In this document: positions 1-10,346 of the stretch, in pieces | How positions within the stretch are numbered: position 1 is the first letter of the stretch | How the letters are laid out: every line of letters starts with the position of its first letter | Origin: Verrucomicrobiaceae bacterium | GTDB lineage: Bacteria; Verrucomicrobiota; Verrucomicrobiia; Verrucomicrobiales; Verrucomicrobiaceae | NCBI GenBank assembly: GCA_021298725.1 | Contig: JAJTDU010000013.1 | Coordinates: 2,170-66,169, forward strand | Reading direction: 5' to 3' | Length of the DNA: 64,000 nucleotides | Notes under the pieces: generated by a model | The model's database searches: none | What the model saw: the letters and a program-made list of their open reading frames with translations, nothing else | Told to the model about the DNA's origin: nothing | Program-made: the position numbers and the translations under genes

Positions 1-2054
1 CCGCGATCCATCACAAAGGCGTCCCTCGGCTGTGGCAAGTCGGCCATGACGAAGGTGGCGGGGATCACATCGTCCAGAACCTTCTTTTTGGCCTCCAGGG
101 CCAGTTTTTCAGCCCGGTGGCCATCCACGATCTCACGCGCACCCTGATACTCGTTTTCAAACCACCATTCTTTGAGGCGGGTAACGTCCTTTTCCGGCCA
201 CTCGGGCTGTTTTTTGCCGCGCACGAGGGTTTGCAGGTCGTTGGGCAACTCGGCCACGCGTTTGCCCTGATTCTTTTCGGCCCAGACTTTCCACGACCAC
301 TGTGGATCCTTCGCCGGATCGACACGAGAACTCATCGCCAGATGATCCCAATGAACCGTGCCGCCAAACTGCGTGAACGCATAGCCCGTGACCTTCGCGC
401 CGGGCTTCAAGCCGAGACGATCCGCCGCGACTTCGAGCTTCACCCATTTCCCAGCTTCCGGCAGTGCTCCCATCTGCACTTTTTCAGGTGTGCGCACCTG
501 ACCGTAGGGGATTGCCCCTTCCTGGCCCCACACCGCGCGATGATTCCACCCTGCGGTGTGAAATTGCAGCATGATGGCCTTCGGCGGGTTCTTCTCGTCG
601 ATGAAGCACTGCACGCTGAGTTTTCCATTCGGTGAGATCTCGTACTTGCCGCCGGCAGCGAAGAAATCCTGCGCCACGCCAGTGGCCGTGCGTTTCAGCG
701 CCGCGCTGCCGCTAAAAACGGGGTCTTTGTCCTTGGTCACAAGTTGAGTGGGATGTCCGCCACTCGATTCCACCTTCGCATTGGCGGGGAAAGCATCCTC
801 AAACCACACCAATTCGCTCGTCTGCACCGGTGGCGGTGGATTGAGCGACGCTGGATCGACGTAGTTCAGCTTCGAGATCGACTCGCGGATCTTTGACTGC
901 GCCGCCGCGATGCCTTGGTCGAGTGCCGTGATCTGTTTCTTCTGCTCGGCGGTGCTCAGACGCAGAATCGGTGGGGTGAGCAGGATGTTGCCGTCCATCG
1001 CCGGATCAGCGGCGCTGTTGAAGAAAGCGTACATCGAATAGAACTCCTTCTGCGAGATGGGATCGAACTTGTGATCGTGGCAGACCGCGCAACCCGCCGT
1101 GAGGCCCAGCCACACGGCCATCGTGGTGTCCGCGCGATCCACCGCGTAGCGGAAGATGAACTCCTCGTTGATGCTGCCGCCCTCGCTCGTCGTGACGTTG
1201 CAGCGATTGAAACCGGAGGCGATTTGCTGCTCCGTCGTCGCATTCGGCAACAGATCCCCCGCAAGCTGCCAGAGCGTGAACTGATCATACGGCAGGTTGG
1301 CGTTGAAAGCGCTCACCACCCAGTCGCGGTAAGGCCACATGCTGCGCTCGTTGTCGAGGTGCAGGCCGTGCGTGTCCGCATAGCGAGCCGCATCCAGCCA
1401 GTAGCGGCCCATGTGTTCCCCGTAGCGTTCCGATTTCAACAAGCGCGCGACGACTTTTTCATACGCGTCCGCGCTCGTGTCCGCGAGAAACACGTCGATC
1501 TCCGCCAGCGTCGGCGGCAGGCCAGTCAGATCGAGCGTCACGCGGCGGATCAAAGACTCCTTCGATGCTTCCGGCGAAGGAGAAAGCCCTTCCTGCGCCA
1601 GTCTGGCTTGGATAAACGCATCAATGCCATTCTTGACCATCCCCTTGACCGGCGGCGGAGCCGCTTTGACCGGCGCTTCAAACGCCCAGTGCTTCATGTA
1701 CTCCGCGCCCTCCTTGATCCAGCGCTTCAAAATCTCCACCTGCGCCGCGGTGACCTTCTTGTGAGCTTCCGGCGGCGGCATCACCTCATCTTCATCCGTC
1801 GAAACAATGCGCTGGATGATCGAACTCACCTCGGGATCCCCCGGCTTGATCGGAAACACGCCCTCAATCGCGGTGAACGCGCCCTCTGGCACATCGAGCC
1901 GCAAATCCGCTTTTCGTTTCTTTGCGTCGAAGCCGTGGCAGGCGAAGCAGTTGTCACTGAGGATCGGCCGGATGTCGCGATTGAAGTCCAGCTTTCCAGC
2001 CGCAGACGCGGCAGCGGTCAAAAGAGCAAAAACAGCGATGGAACGAAGGTGCAT
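1..2054 (-). CDS. Planctomycete cytochrome c / DUF1549 (PSD1) domain protein, 3' end runs off the window
   Basis: Read manually from ATG at 2054: MHLRSIAVFALLTAASAAGKLDFNRDIRPILSDNCFACHGFD (signal peptide plus CxxCH), later a DUF1549-type segment (GEHMGRYWLDAARYADTHG, CAVCHDHKFDPI). The frame at position 1 matches the start frame, which explains its absence from the ORF track. Confidence 0.88.
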   Translation of the reverse strand, partial: MHLRSIAVFALLTAAASAAGKLDFNRDIRPILSDNCFACHGFDAKKRKADLRLDVPEGAFTAIEGVFPIKPGDPEVSSIIQRIVSTDEDEVMPPPEAHKKVTAAQVEILKRWIKEGAEYMKHWAFEAPVKAAPPPVKGMVKNGIDAFIQARLAQEGLSPSPEASKESLIRRVTLDLTGLPPTLAEIDVFLADTSADAYEKVVARLLKSERYGEHMGRYWLDAARYADTHGLHLDNERSMWPYRDWVVSAFNANLPYDQFTLWQLAGDLLPNATTEQQIASGFNRCNVTTSEGGSINEEFIFRYAVDRADTTMAVWLGLTAGCAVCHDHKFDPISQKEFYSMYAFFNSAADPAMDGNILLTPPILRLSTAEQKKQITALDQGIAAAQSKIRESISKLNYVDPASLNPPPPVQTSELVWFEDAFPANAKVESSGGHPTQLVTKDKDPVFSGSAALKRTATGVAQDFFAAGGKYEISPNGKLSVQCFIDEKNPPKAIMLQFHTAGWNHRAVWGQEGAIPYGQVRTPEKVQMGALPEAGKWVKLEVAADRLGLKPGAKVTGYAFTQFGGTVHWDHLAMSSRVDPAKDPQWSWKVWAEKNQGKRVAELPNDLQTLVRGKKQPEWPEKDVTRLKEWWFENEYQGAREIVDGHRAEKLALEAKKKVLDDVIPATFVMADLPQPRDAFVMDR

Positions 2055-2211
2055 GAGCAGGAAAGAACGTCCGCCACCCCGTGCGGCTTTCCAGCATCAA
2101 TGACCGAAGCAAAACCCGGCACATGGAAAAAACCGGCGCAGCGAAGCCCATGAGCACAACGAGCGCCGCCTGAAGCGCCGAAAGGGCGTGGCCCACCAAA
2201 AGCCTCGCCCA

Positions 2212-2462
2212 AGCCCACGAAGCCCTCCCAGGTTTTGCTCCAGACATACTGCATCACATCGCTCAACTCGACGACGGCCACGAACCAGAACAACGTGCGG
2301 TGATCGCCCGGTTTCGTCGGTGACAACGTGATGAACTCCCGCAGCGCCATGAACGAGCATAGACCAAACAAGACCGTCGCCCCCATCAGCCCGATCGCCA
2401 AAGCCCCCCCGCAAACACCGCCATCAGCATCCACCACCCATTGGTGCGGGCGTTCAAGTTCG
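2212..2462 (-). pseudogene. Remnant of a phosphatidate cytidylyltransferase (CdsA/YnbB-like)
   Basis: Spliced-looking motifs NLNARTNGWW, LFGLCSFMALREFITLSPTKPGDHRTLFW, VVELSDVMQYVW and KTWEGFVG. The intervening segments are missing and there is a frameshift in a G-run. Confidence 0.7.
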
Positions 2463-3361
2463 CCACTGTGGCCTGTCAAGCCTGTGATGTAGCTCGTTTT
2501 GCCATAACGAAGCCGAGGAGATAAAGAAGCTTTGGGTCGTTTTCGATGGCCTGGCGGATGATTTCACAGCGGGTCAAGATGAGCAAGAATCAGCTCGGTG
2601 CCTCCACGCTCACGGATGCTTCACATCGGGGGCTTGCCTCGCCCATAGCTTCGCGGCATCATGGTGACCTTATGAACGCCTTCGCCGAGCTCGAACAGGT
2701 GCTGAGTCCCGCCGAACCTATCTTCACGATAGAAGGAGCCCAGCGGTTGGTGAAGCGAGTATGAGGCACTGATCCACTCGTCCAAACTGATGTCGATCTT
2801 GCGTTTGGTGGCCGGAGCTTTCCTCCAAAACCTCAAAGTGGCCTGTCTTGGACGCAAAGCCGCGAGAAGAGCACGCATACTTGGGATCACAAACATCGGT
2901 CACACCACCGCGTGACTTGTCCTGTTCAACAGTGATCTGAATCTAATGCAAAGACAGGCGATCCTCGAAAAGCGTTCGCTGGAGTGAGCTCTCACGACTC
3001 CGACGCCTCGGAATGATCCCAGACAAAGTCGAGGTTGTCAGCAGGTATGGCGGCGTGGGCAGTATGGGTGAGGAATTTCCCAGCAGGTAAGTATGGAAAA
3101 GCTTGCAACGTGAGGTCGGCCATTTGGGAAAGCGAATCGAACACAACACCCGGATCAACGGCATCATTCAAACAGCCCGTCGTCGTGCACGCGGCTTCCG
3201 TAACTTTCGAAAACCTCAAGGCCATCTGCAACTGGATGGCTGGAGACCTAAACCTCAAAATCCCTTCTGCATTTACCCACCCGGTTTTGCGAAAGCCATA
3301 TTATTTAACTTGATCAATAGTATCCTCATCCCAAATCGAAAGGTGGATTTAAAATTTTGAA

Positions 3362-5284
3362 CTAACTGGCGCTTGGAAATTTCTCGTCGCTGCTAAACTG
3401 CAAGTGGTACAGTTTTTGATACAGTGGATTACGATCAAGAAGTTCAAAGTGCGTCCCGCGATCGAGAATGCAGCCATGATCCATGACCACAATTTGATCC
3501 GCCTCAAGAATCGTCGAGAGCCGATGGGCGATCGCGACGACTGTTTTGCCTTCAGATAGCACGTGAATGGCTTCCTGGATGATTTTCTCGCTTTCGGTGT
3601 CCAAAGCGGATGTCGCTTCATCGAGCAGGAGAATGGGGGCATTTCGAAGAATAGCGCGAGCGATCGAAAGGCGCTGCTTCTGCCCGCCTGAGAGCTTACA
3701 ACCGCCTTCACCGACGATCGCATCGTATCCGCCGCCGATTTGCTCGATGAACTCATGAGCATGCGCCTTTTTCGCCGCTGCAATAACATCCTCCCTGGAA
3801 GCGTCTAGCCGGCCGTAGCGGATGTTCTCAAGAACAGTTGCATGAAAGAGAAAGGTGTCTTGGCTGACCACGCCGATGTTGCCTCTCAGAGCCTCCTGGG
3901 TGATCGAGCGCACATCCTTGCCATCCAGGAGAATCCCACCTTTATCAGGATCGTAGAAGCGAAGGATAAGTGAGTATAGTGTGCTCTTCCCTGCGCCGCT
4001 TGGGCCGACAAAGGCATAGAACTTGCCAGGGTCGAGCTGCAAGTCGATGTCCCTGACTGCCGGCACTTCCTTCTTCACACCGTCGCTTTCCAGGTAGGAG
4101 AAAGATACATTCTGAAATGTCACTGCCCCGGAGGTGCGACCGATGTCGAGAGCACCAGGAGCATCTTGGATATCCGGCTTTTGCTCAAGCAGCTTGAAAA
4201 CCATTTCCGCTGCTACCCCCGTTCTCTGAAATATCATATGCATCCGGCTGAGTTCCTTGACTGGCGGGTAGATCTGCGTCAAGGCCATGACTAGAAGGAA
4301 AAAGTTTTCCGCTTCTAGCCCACGCTGCCATGCATAAACAAGGCCGGCACCGATCCCGATCGATGCCACCGATTCGACAATCGGGCCGATCAATTCTATT
4401 TGCTTTGTCCATTTGAGCATGTGTTTCACCATGCTGGCGTTGGTCTCCTCAAAACGCTGGCACTCGTGATTCTCACGCGCATAAGCCTTGACTAGGCGGA
4501 TGCCGGCAAAGGATTCTTGGAGGACAACCATCAGGTTGGATGAGTCCCCGACTTCGTTGGCTCCGCTTGCTTTTGCTTTCTTGCCGATTCGGATAATGGG
4601 CCACATGCACGCGGGAAACACCAAAAGAGATACCGTGGTGAAGACCCAATCCTGGGCGAACAGCACGATGAGAATGGAAATGATCGTGAGGGGGCGCTGT
4701 GCCAGAGTCTGAATGAGGATCATGGCGTTTTGATGCACTGCGGAGGTCATATGGATGACCGTCTGCATCAATTCGCCTGTCTTGGCATTGTTGAAAAACG
4801 CTGGAGACTGGCGCATGACGCTGCGAAACGTGTCGTTGCGGATTTCATAGATCACCTTGCTGGCCACCCACGCTTGCATGTAGGATGATAGGTAGCCCAG
4901 AAACCCGCGGGTGAAGATCAGCACGGGAATAAATGAACATGCAATGATGACACCCAATAGGCCAACGGGAGTGTCTGCCGCGAATCCCAAAATTTCAGCC
5001 AGATCCAGTTTCCCGATCAAGGGGAGTTTCACAGGTTCACCCATGGTTCGAGTCTGTCCTTTGAGAACCAGAGAGAAGATGAGTTGAAATCCGATCAGCA
5101 TGAAGCCGTTAAACATGGCACTGGCCATGCCTAACAAAACACTGAAAATTAGCCTCCACTTGTGAGGAAGTACATATTTTCCTATCGAACCCGCAGTTCT
5201 CCCAAGGATATGCCGCGTCTCTGGGTCAATAAGACAAAAAAGGCAGTTTAAAATCTTCGACAGGTTTCGAGTAAAATATTTCAT
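3362..5284 (-). CDS. MsbA-like ABC exporter (TMD+NBD fusion), probable lipid-linked glycan/lipid A flippase
   Basis: Hydrophobic N-terminal TM helices, Walker A GPSGAGKST, signature LSGGQKQR, Walker B LLLDEATSALD. Start codon uncertain (5284 or 5332). Confidence 0.88.
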   Translation of the reverse strand: MKYFTRNLSKILNCLFCLIDPETRHILGRTAGSIGKYVLPHKWRLIFSVLLGMASAMFNGFMLIGFQLIFSLVLKGQTRTMGEPVKLPLIGKLDLAEILGFAADTPVGLLGVIIACSFIPVLIFTRGFLGYLSSYMQAWVASKVIYEIRNDTFRSVMRQSPAFFNNAKTGELMQTVIHMTSAVHQNAMILIQTLAQRPLTIISILIVLFAQDWVFTTVSLLVFPACMWPIIRIGKKAKASGANEVGDSSNLMVVLQESFAGIRLVKAYARENHECQRFEETNASMVKHMLKWTKQIELIGPIVESVASIGIGAGLVYAWQRGLEAENFFLLVMALTQIYPPVKELSRMHMIFQRTGVAAEMVFKLLEQKPDIQDAPGALDIGRTSGAVTFQNVSFSYLESDGVKKEVPAVRDIDLQLDPGKFYAFVGPSGAGKSTLYSLILRFYDPDKGGILLDGKDVRSITQEALRGNIGVVSQDTFLFHATVLENIRYGRLDASREDVIAAAKKAHAHEFIEQIGGGYDAIVGEGGCKLSGGQKQRLSIARAILRNAPILLLDEATSALDTESEKIIQEAIHVLSEGKTVVAIAHRLSTILEADQIVVMDHGCILDRGTHFELLDRNPLYQKLYHLQFSSDEKFPSAS

Positions 5285-5650
5285 CAATTGCTTTGTTTCC
5301 CAATTCTTGAGCCGCACAGAAATGTGCATCAAGATTGCATTGGGTGGCGACTGAATAGGTGCCTCGCCTGTTCGTCAAGTCTGCATAATTCATCGACTTT
5401 CCGCCGGGCCAGAAAAAAATACGTGAAGCGCGGAGAGCTGCGCAAGGCACTGAAACTGCGAATGTCTCCAGCAGACGACTCACATGTTTTCATGCAACGC
5501 TTGTGTGATTAAATGCCTCCTCGCTGAATTGAGTGAGTAACTGGTGGCACAGGAGAGTGGGAGATGTCAGATTCGGAAACGGATCAGAACAACCTGTTTG
5601 CCATGGCTGAGGTGGACTCCGAAATTCGGCCCAGTAGTGAAGATATGCGA

Positions 5651-5906
5651 TTATGGTGGTTTCGACTTGGGATGACACATCAAACACGACCCAACGAAAT
5701 GAAAGCCAAACGCAAAAGACAAGGCGAAAAGCCCACTTCGCCGATACTCGGCGACAGCCACCGCCCGCCCCTCAGCCGTGCTGCGCACACGAACGCGTGC
5801 GTCCCGTTTCAAAATCGTGAGTTGGTTGTCCATAACGTGGGACATCCCTGCTGCCCCACGTGCCCCTCTCCAAGCTCGATCCCATGGTCGTTACCGTGAC
5901 GTTTAC
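5651..5906 (-). mobile_element. IS66-family remnant (left end plus truncated TnpA-like HTH ORF)
   Basis: ORF LKRDARVRVRSTAEGRAVAVAEYRRSGL resembles the IS66 TnpA N-terminus and then degenerates. The minus strand at 5906 begins GTAAACGTC, like IS66 GTAA- termini. Confidence 0.55.
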
Positions 5907-6096
5907 CAAGCAAGCGCAACATGCGCACGTTCAACAGGGTCTCAGATTTTTCCCTTGCTCAAAATAATCCGCAGCTTTTGCACAACCACCTCCCGCTAAC
6001 CATCAATCACTCAACGGTTATGCTGAAGGGCAGAATCTGAGTTGAGATTATCAAGCAAATCGTGGCGGTGACACCCACATCTTGCACTAAGGCGTA

Positions 6097-6996
6097 TCAA
6101 TCGGTTAAAGGCGAAAAGCGAAACAGGCTCCTGAATTTAAGGACAACATACTTTATAAGCAGCGAGTGGGTCCTGAAAATGTTCACTGGTCCCTTCAGAC
6201 AATGGGCTCTGAACGCCTCTCCTTTGAGATTGAATAAGAGCCACAGTCTATATCTCAACTCGTCAGCTATCCCAGAAAGTTTCGGAACTGTTTTCCCTTG
6301 TTGATTTGAATGCTCGCGAATCCTGACGAGTGGAGGCAAAGCCCTGATAATCTCCTTGTTGTGCCTGGAAGTGGCCAAGCAGTACTCGATGCGCGCACCG
6401 TATGAATCGGGCGAATAGTGATAAATGGCACTGACAGAGGACAAAACGCGCAGGGCAACTATCATCCCAGATAAGTTGGTGAATTTCTTCTTGCTTGAAG
6501 CAGAAGAGTTTTGCCAATTAAGCAACTCAAGCGCTGATACCTGTGTGACGCCCGGCGGGAACGTTGTTCCAATTTTTAAGGTCTCAGGCTTTTCGTCATA
6601 AACGATTTCCCAGTCCCCCATGACACATACTCCATCAAAGTCTGAGTGATCGTTCAAGAATCCGCGCACATTATCGACAAGCAAGAGGTCATCGTGGCAG
6701 AGCACGAAAATTGGGGTATCACGGTGAAAATTATCTTTAAGGCGGCCAACCCAGAAATGCATGTGCCGGATCGCGGAGAGCGGCGTGGTCGTGCGCAAAG
6801 TTAAAATGTTGTGAAAGTTGCTGATGGTGGACTTCTGAAAGATGCCCTGATCAAGGCCAGAATCATCACCGTTAAAACTCACCACCACATTTGAAAAAAG
6901 ATCTTCCGCCAGCTTAAGCGTGTCAAGCATTTGCTCAAAATATTTGCCACCCTTGTAAACAGGAATGACCAGAACTGGTTTTGTTTGGTTGCTCAT
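6097..6996 (-). CDS. Glycosyltransferase family 2
   Basis: N-terminal LVIPVYKG, DxD-like HDD motif, located in the polysaccharide cluster. Confidence 0.75.
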   Translation of the reverse strand: MSNQTKPVLVIPVYKGGKYFEQMLDTLKLAEDLFSNVVVSFNGDDSGLDQGIFQKSTISNFHNILTLRTTTPLSAIRHMHFWVGRLKDNFHRDTPIFVLCHDDLLLVDNVRGFLNDHSDFDGVCVMGDWEIVYDEKPETLKIGTTFPPGVTQVSALELLNWQNSSASSKKKFTNLSGMIVALRVLSSVSAIYHYSPDSYGARIEYCLATSRHNKEIIRALPPLVRIREHSNQQGKTVPKLSGIADELRYRLWLLFNLKGEAFRAHCLKGPVNIFRTHSLLIKYVVLKFRSLFRFSPLTD

Positions 6997-7191
6997 CGTT
7001 TCTTCATTTTTCCCATCAGTTCAGCAGTGCTGCTGCTGCATTAATTGCTAGCCCTGGGTAACAACGCGCTAAAATTTTTCATTGAAGACAGTTATAAGAC
7101 GGGTGGCTGGAAAACAAGGCTGCGCACACAATGAAATGCATACAACCTTCCGCTTGCTACAGCAAGATTGGGCATGCCGGAAATTTCATAG

Positions 7192-8445
7192 TCAAACTGA
7201 AATGTTGGTCTTCAAGTAGCGCAGCGCTTCAGGCAATTTAAGCAGATGCTTTTGCCAAATTCTTACGATCTGCCGTTTTTTTCTAGATAAGAAATTCACG
7301 CCGTTTTTTTTCTTCTTGATGAGGTGGTTTGCACAGATAGAACCGAGCATGTCGTACTCCGCATGCATCAGTTTCAGCCTGTTTTCATTATGTGCATGAA
7401 GCGCCGCATGCAGAGCCGTCAAGGGGACAATCTCCGCAGTGGGGAATCTCACCTCGTTTGCACCGACACCATGAGCACCAAGCAGTGTCCGAACTCGTGC
7501 ACTCTCATCTTCAAAATAGCGGAGAGAATCCCTGTCAGATGTTTTGCCATCAACGACATCAAACCAGTTTTTTGACTTCTCGATGAACTCCAAAACCTTA
7601 CTCATGCCTCCTTCAGTGATGCTTTGATGGTACTCACGTAGATTTTTATCTACCTGATCCTGTGGAATGCCATTGTCGACCCACTGTTCAATCGAGTCGA
7701 AATCTGTGAAGGTTCCCGCGTACGAAACATTGAAGTTCTCAAAATCAAAGTGCTCCTTGAGATAAGGTCGATATACCGGTGTCCCATGAAGGATGGACTC
7801 ATAGATGACATTGGTGATTGGGTCGAAGCAGATTAACAGTTTGGCCTTCTTGATGAGCTCATAGTAGTCGCGTTTGTGCTTCGGATTCGATCTTGTGATC
7901 GCAAGAAACTTAAAGCCTTTGTATTTCCGGACAAATCTTGCAATCTGGTCGTAAACAGCTTTCTCTACTTTTCCTTTGCCGACGTAAAACAAAATGAGGT
8001 TCTCTTTTTCAGCTCGATTGACTGGCACCAGGTCCGTTTGGAGAGGCTGGTTGATAAACAAGTTGAAGTAGCAGCGCGAAATCATTGTTGAGTAGCAGAC
8101 GATGTAGTCGTCTGGCCTTATTCGCAGGGCAATGGTGGTGATCACCATTGGTTTATTGAGAAAGAACCATATCCTACGCAGCTCCTGTGTCGCTTCGATC
8201 ACATTCTGAGGGGTAACCTCTGGTGTGATGCAATAGACGCCGGCAGGCAGCTTTTCGCGATCCAGAATAACCTTTGTTCTTAGGTCCGCCCTTATCAAGT
8301 GACTGTATTCAAAAAAATCCTTCGCTGAATGAGGGAATAGAAACACATTGGCACCCGCTTTCTCCAGCAAGAGTGCGAGTTCGAACAGCAAAACAATTCC
8401 ATTCGACTTTGGATCATAGTGCGGAGTAATTATGACAAATTTCAT
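7192..8445 (-). CDS. Putative GT-B glycosyltransferase (divergent)
   Basis: MKFVIITPHYDPKSNGIVLLFELALLL start and C-terminal ESILHGTPV, both GT-B-like. 417-aa AT-rich ORF inside the cluster. Confidence 0.55.
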   Translation of the reverse strand: MKFVIITPHYDPKSNGIVLLFELALLLEKAGANVFLFPHSAKDFFEYSHLIRADLRTKVILDREKLPAGVYCITPEVTPQNVIEATQELRRIWFFLNKPMVITTIALRIRPDDYIVCYSTMISRCYFNLFINQPLQTDLVPVNRAEKENLILFYVGKGKVEKAVYDQIARFVRKYKGFKFLAITRSNPKHKRDYYELIKKAKLLICFDPITNVIYESILHGTPVYRPYLKEHFDFENFNVSYAGTFTDFDSIEQWVDNGIPQDQVDKNLREYHQSITEGGMSKVLEFIEKSKNWFDVVDGKTSDRDSLRYFEDESARVRTLLGAHGVGANEVRFPTAEIVPLTALHAALHAHNENRLKLMHAEYDMLGSICANHLIKKKKNGVNFLSRKKRQIVRIWQKHLLKLPEALRYLKTNISV

Positions 8446-8495
8446 GACCGGTATTGTTCACGAGTCGAATGGCAGATTTTGAACATCTATGTGTT

Positions 8496-10310
8496 TTACA
8501 CTGTCTTAGGTATGTATTTGCTCACAGCAGCTGCCACGGGCTCTTCTATAGTCGGCAGCATTTGATAGAGTGGATTGGAGACTATGGAGCCGTCTGGAAG
8601 GATGCGGGAGGAAACGGCGGGCCAATTGGGTTGTTCAGGATCGATGGAGATGATCCAAGCTTCAGGCTCTTCGCCTTGCATCAATTCGGAAAGATTGGCG
8701 ACAGTAATTTCATCCGGGCGAAGATAACGGGCGGGAATGTCATAGGCGGCAAATAGTTTGATCCAATCAGGGAAGCCAAGTCCGGTCTGTGTATCACAGC
8801 CGACGTAAGCGCCACTGAAGAATTTGCGCTGTGTGGCGCGAATTGAGCCGTAGCCTAGATTATCAAAAAGGAATATCTTAATCGGCAGGTTGTTGACCTT
8901 AAGCATGGCAAGCTCCTGGAGGTTTTGTGAGAAGCCGCCGTCTCCCTCGATGAGTATAACTCGCTGTCCAGGTCGTGCAAAGGCAGCACCGACTGAAGTC
9001 GCCAAACCATAGCCCATACTTGCGAAGGCGGCGCTGTAGGTAGCGTACTGTTGTTGTTTTATCTCGTAAGTCTGCAATGCACCTGTGAATGCAGCGCTAC
9101 TGGACGCAATGGCCAGCACATCATTTGCCTGGGAGGCTAGGGAGAGCTGGTTTAAAACAACAAAGGGACTTGGGTACTCGTTTTGGAGCAAATTAGCTGG
9201 CTCGATAACAGGCAGCAATCGTCGAGTGGATTGAACGTAGGCGAGCCAGTTGTCTTGGTCCCTCCACTGGACCAGCGGCAAGATTTCCTTGAGAAGGATG
9301 TTTGGGTCCGCATGAACCGTGCCGGCTAGCGTTGGGTGCCCTTTGTTGAGCTCATGAAGGCATGGATAGACCTGGTAGAGTTCGCCGTTGGGGGTGTACT
9401 CCTTCCAATTGAAACCAGTCTGCTGGAGATCAAGCGGAGTACCAAAAGCCAGAATAACATCCGCCTGAGCAATCAACAGATTGGCTGATCTTTGCCCGCC
9501 CCACGTCCCGGTGCGTCCTGCGGTAATAGCTGAGTCGCTGGGGATGCGATCAATGGCGAAAGTAGTCGTCATGACCGGAATCCCAAGCTGGAGAAATGTC
9601 GGAAAGAGTTCCCAAGCAACTGCTCTAGTTACTAAACCTCCCAGCAAGATGACAGGGCGTTTTGCTTGTGAAATAACGGCTGCAAGAGCTTGTGCTTGAT
9701 CATGAATCTCCGTTTCCGTGGAGCAGGAGAGCTGCACCTTCGGTAGTGCCGGTACAGACTCCACGTCCAGTGAGTGGCGGTCAACGGGAGCACCTTGAAT
9801 ATCCAAACACACTTCGATGACGACGGGGCCAGGGTGTGGACCCCAGGCAGATTTCACCAACTCGCAAAACTCCTCCCGACCGATGACTTTTTTGAGACAC
9901 TTGCTTTTGACGGAGATTTCTTTGGCGATGGCGACGCCGTCGATTTCCTGTACGCCACGCTGCCTGATCGGGTAAGTAAGTAAGTCTGTCGATTTGACCT
10001 GCCCGGAGATAACAAGCAATTCACGCCGCTCTACGTAACAGCCAGCGATGGAGGTCACAATATTGGTCAGGCCGGGACCGCTGGTGACGAGTGCAAAGGC
10101 TTTTCCGCCAGAGCTACATTCGTTGAAATGTTCGGCGGCGATGCCTGCGGATAATTCGTGGACTACGGGAACCATTTTGAACCGAGTCCGGAAGCCATCG
10201 ATCAAGTGCATGCAGCCACCGCCTGCAACCATGAAGCAATGAGTGTATCCGAGCTCAACGAGCCAGTCGGCGAGTGCTTCGGAGTATTTTTGGAGGGGAG
10301 AGTTTGACAT
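8496..10310 (-). CDS. ThDP-dependent acetolactate-synthase-like enzyme (YerE-like candidate)
   Basis: HELSAGIAAE, LVTSGPGLTN, ThDP motif GDGGFSQN...DN. Embedded in a CDP-sugar operon with no ilvN/ilvC nearby. Confidence 0.85.
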   Translation of the reverse strand: MSNSPLQKYSEALADWLVELGYTHCFMVAGGGCMHLIDGFRTRFKMVPVVHELSAGIAAEHFNECSSGGKAFALVTSGPGLTNIVTSIAGCYVERRELLVISGQVKSTDLLTYPIRQRGVQEIDGVAIAKEISVKSKCLKKVIGREEFCELVKSAWGPHPGPVVIEVCLDIQGAPVDRHSLDVESVPALPKVQLSCSTETEIHDQAQALAAVISQAKRPVILLGGLVTRAVAWELFPTFLQLGIPVMTTTFAIDRIPSDSAITAGRTGTWGGQRSANLLIAQADVILAFGTPLDLQQTGFNWKEYTPNGELYQVYPCLHELNKGHPTLAGTVHADPNILLKEILPLVQWRDQDNWLAYVQSTRRLLPVIEPANLLQNEYPSPFVVLNQLSLASQANDVLAIASSSAAFTGALQTYEIKQQQYATYSAAFASMGYGLATSVGAAFARPGQRVILIEGDGGFSQNLQELAMLKVNNLPIKIFLFDNLGYGSIRATQRKFFSGAYVGCDTQTGLGFPDWIKLFAAYDIPARYLRPDEITVANLSELMQGEEPEAWIISIDPEQPNWPAVSSRILPDGSIVSNPLYQMLPTIEEPVAAAVSKYIPKTV

Positions 10311-10346
10311 TAAAAGGATGGAACTAAGGGGGGAACTGGCATCTCA

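Noticed and set aside
915-2153. 412-aa plus-strand ORF and similar long antisense ORFs (16922-18508, 26459-27649, 29017-30480, 44700-46355, 49692-50909, 54362-55609)
   Set aside because: Shadows of recognisable genes on the opposite strand, typical of high-GC codon usage. No motifs of their own.
8496-10310. Housekeeping ilvB
   Set aside because: No regulatory subunit or ilvC nearby and the context is nucleotide-sugar biosynthesis, so the symbol is withheld.
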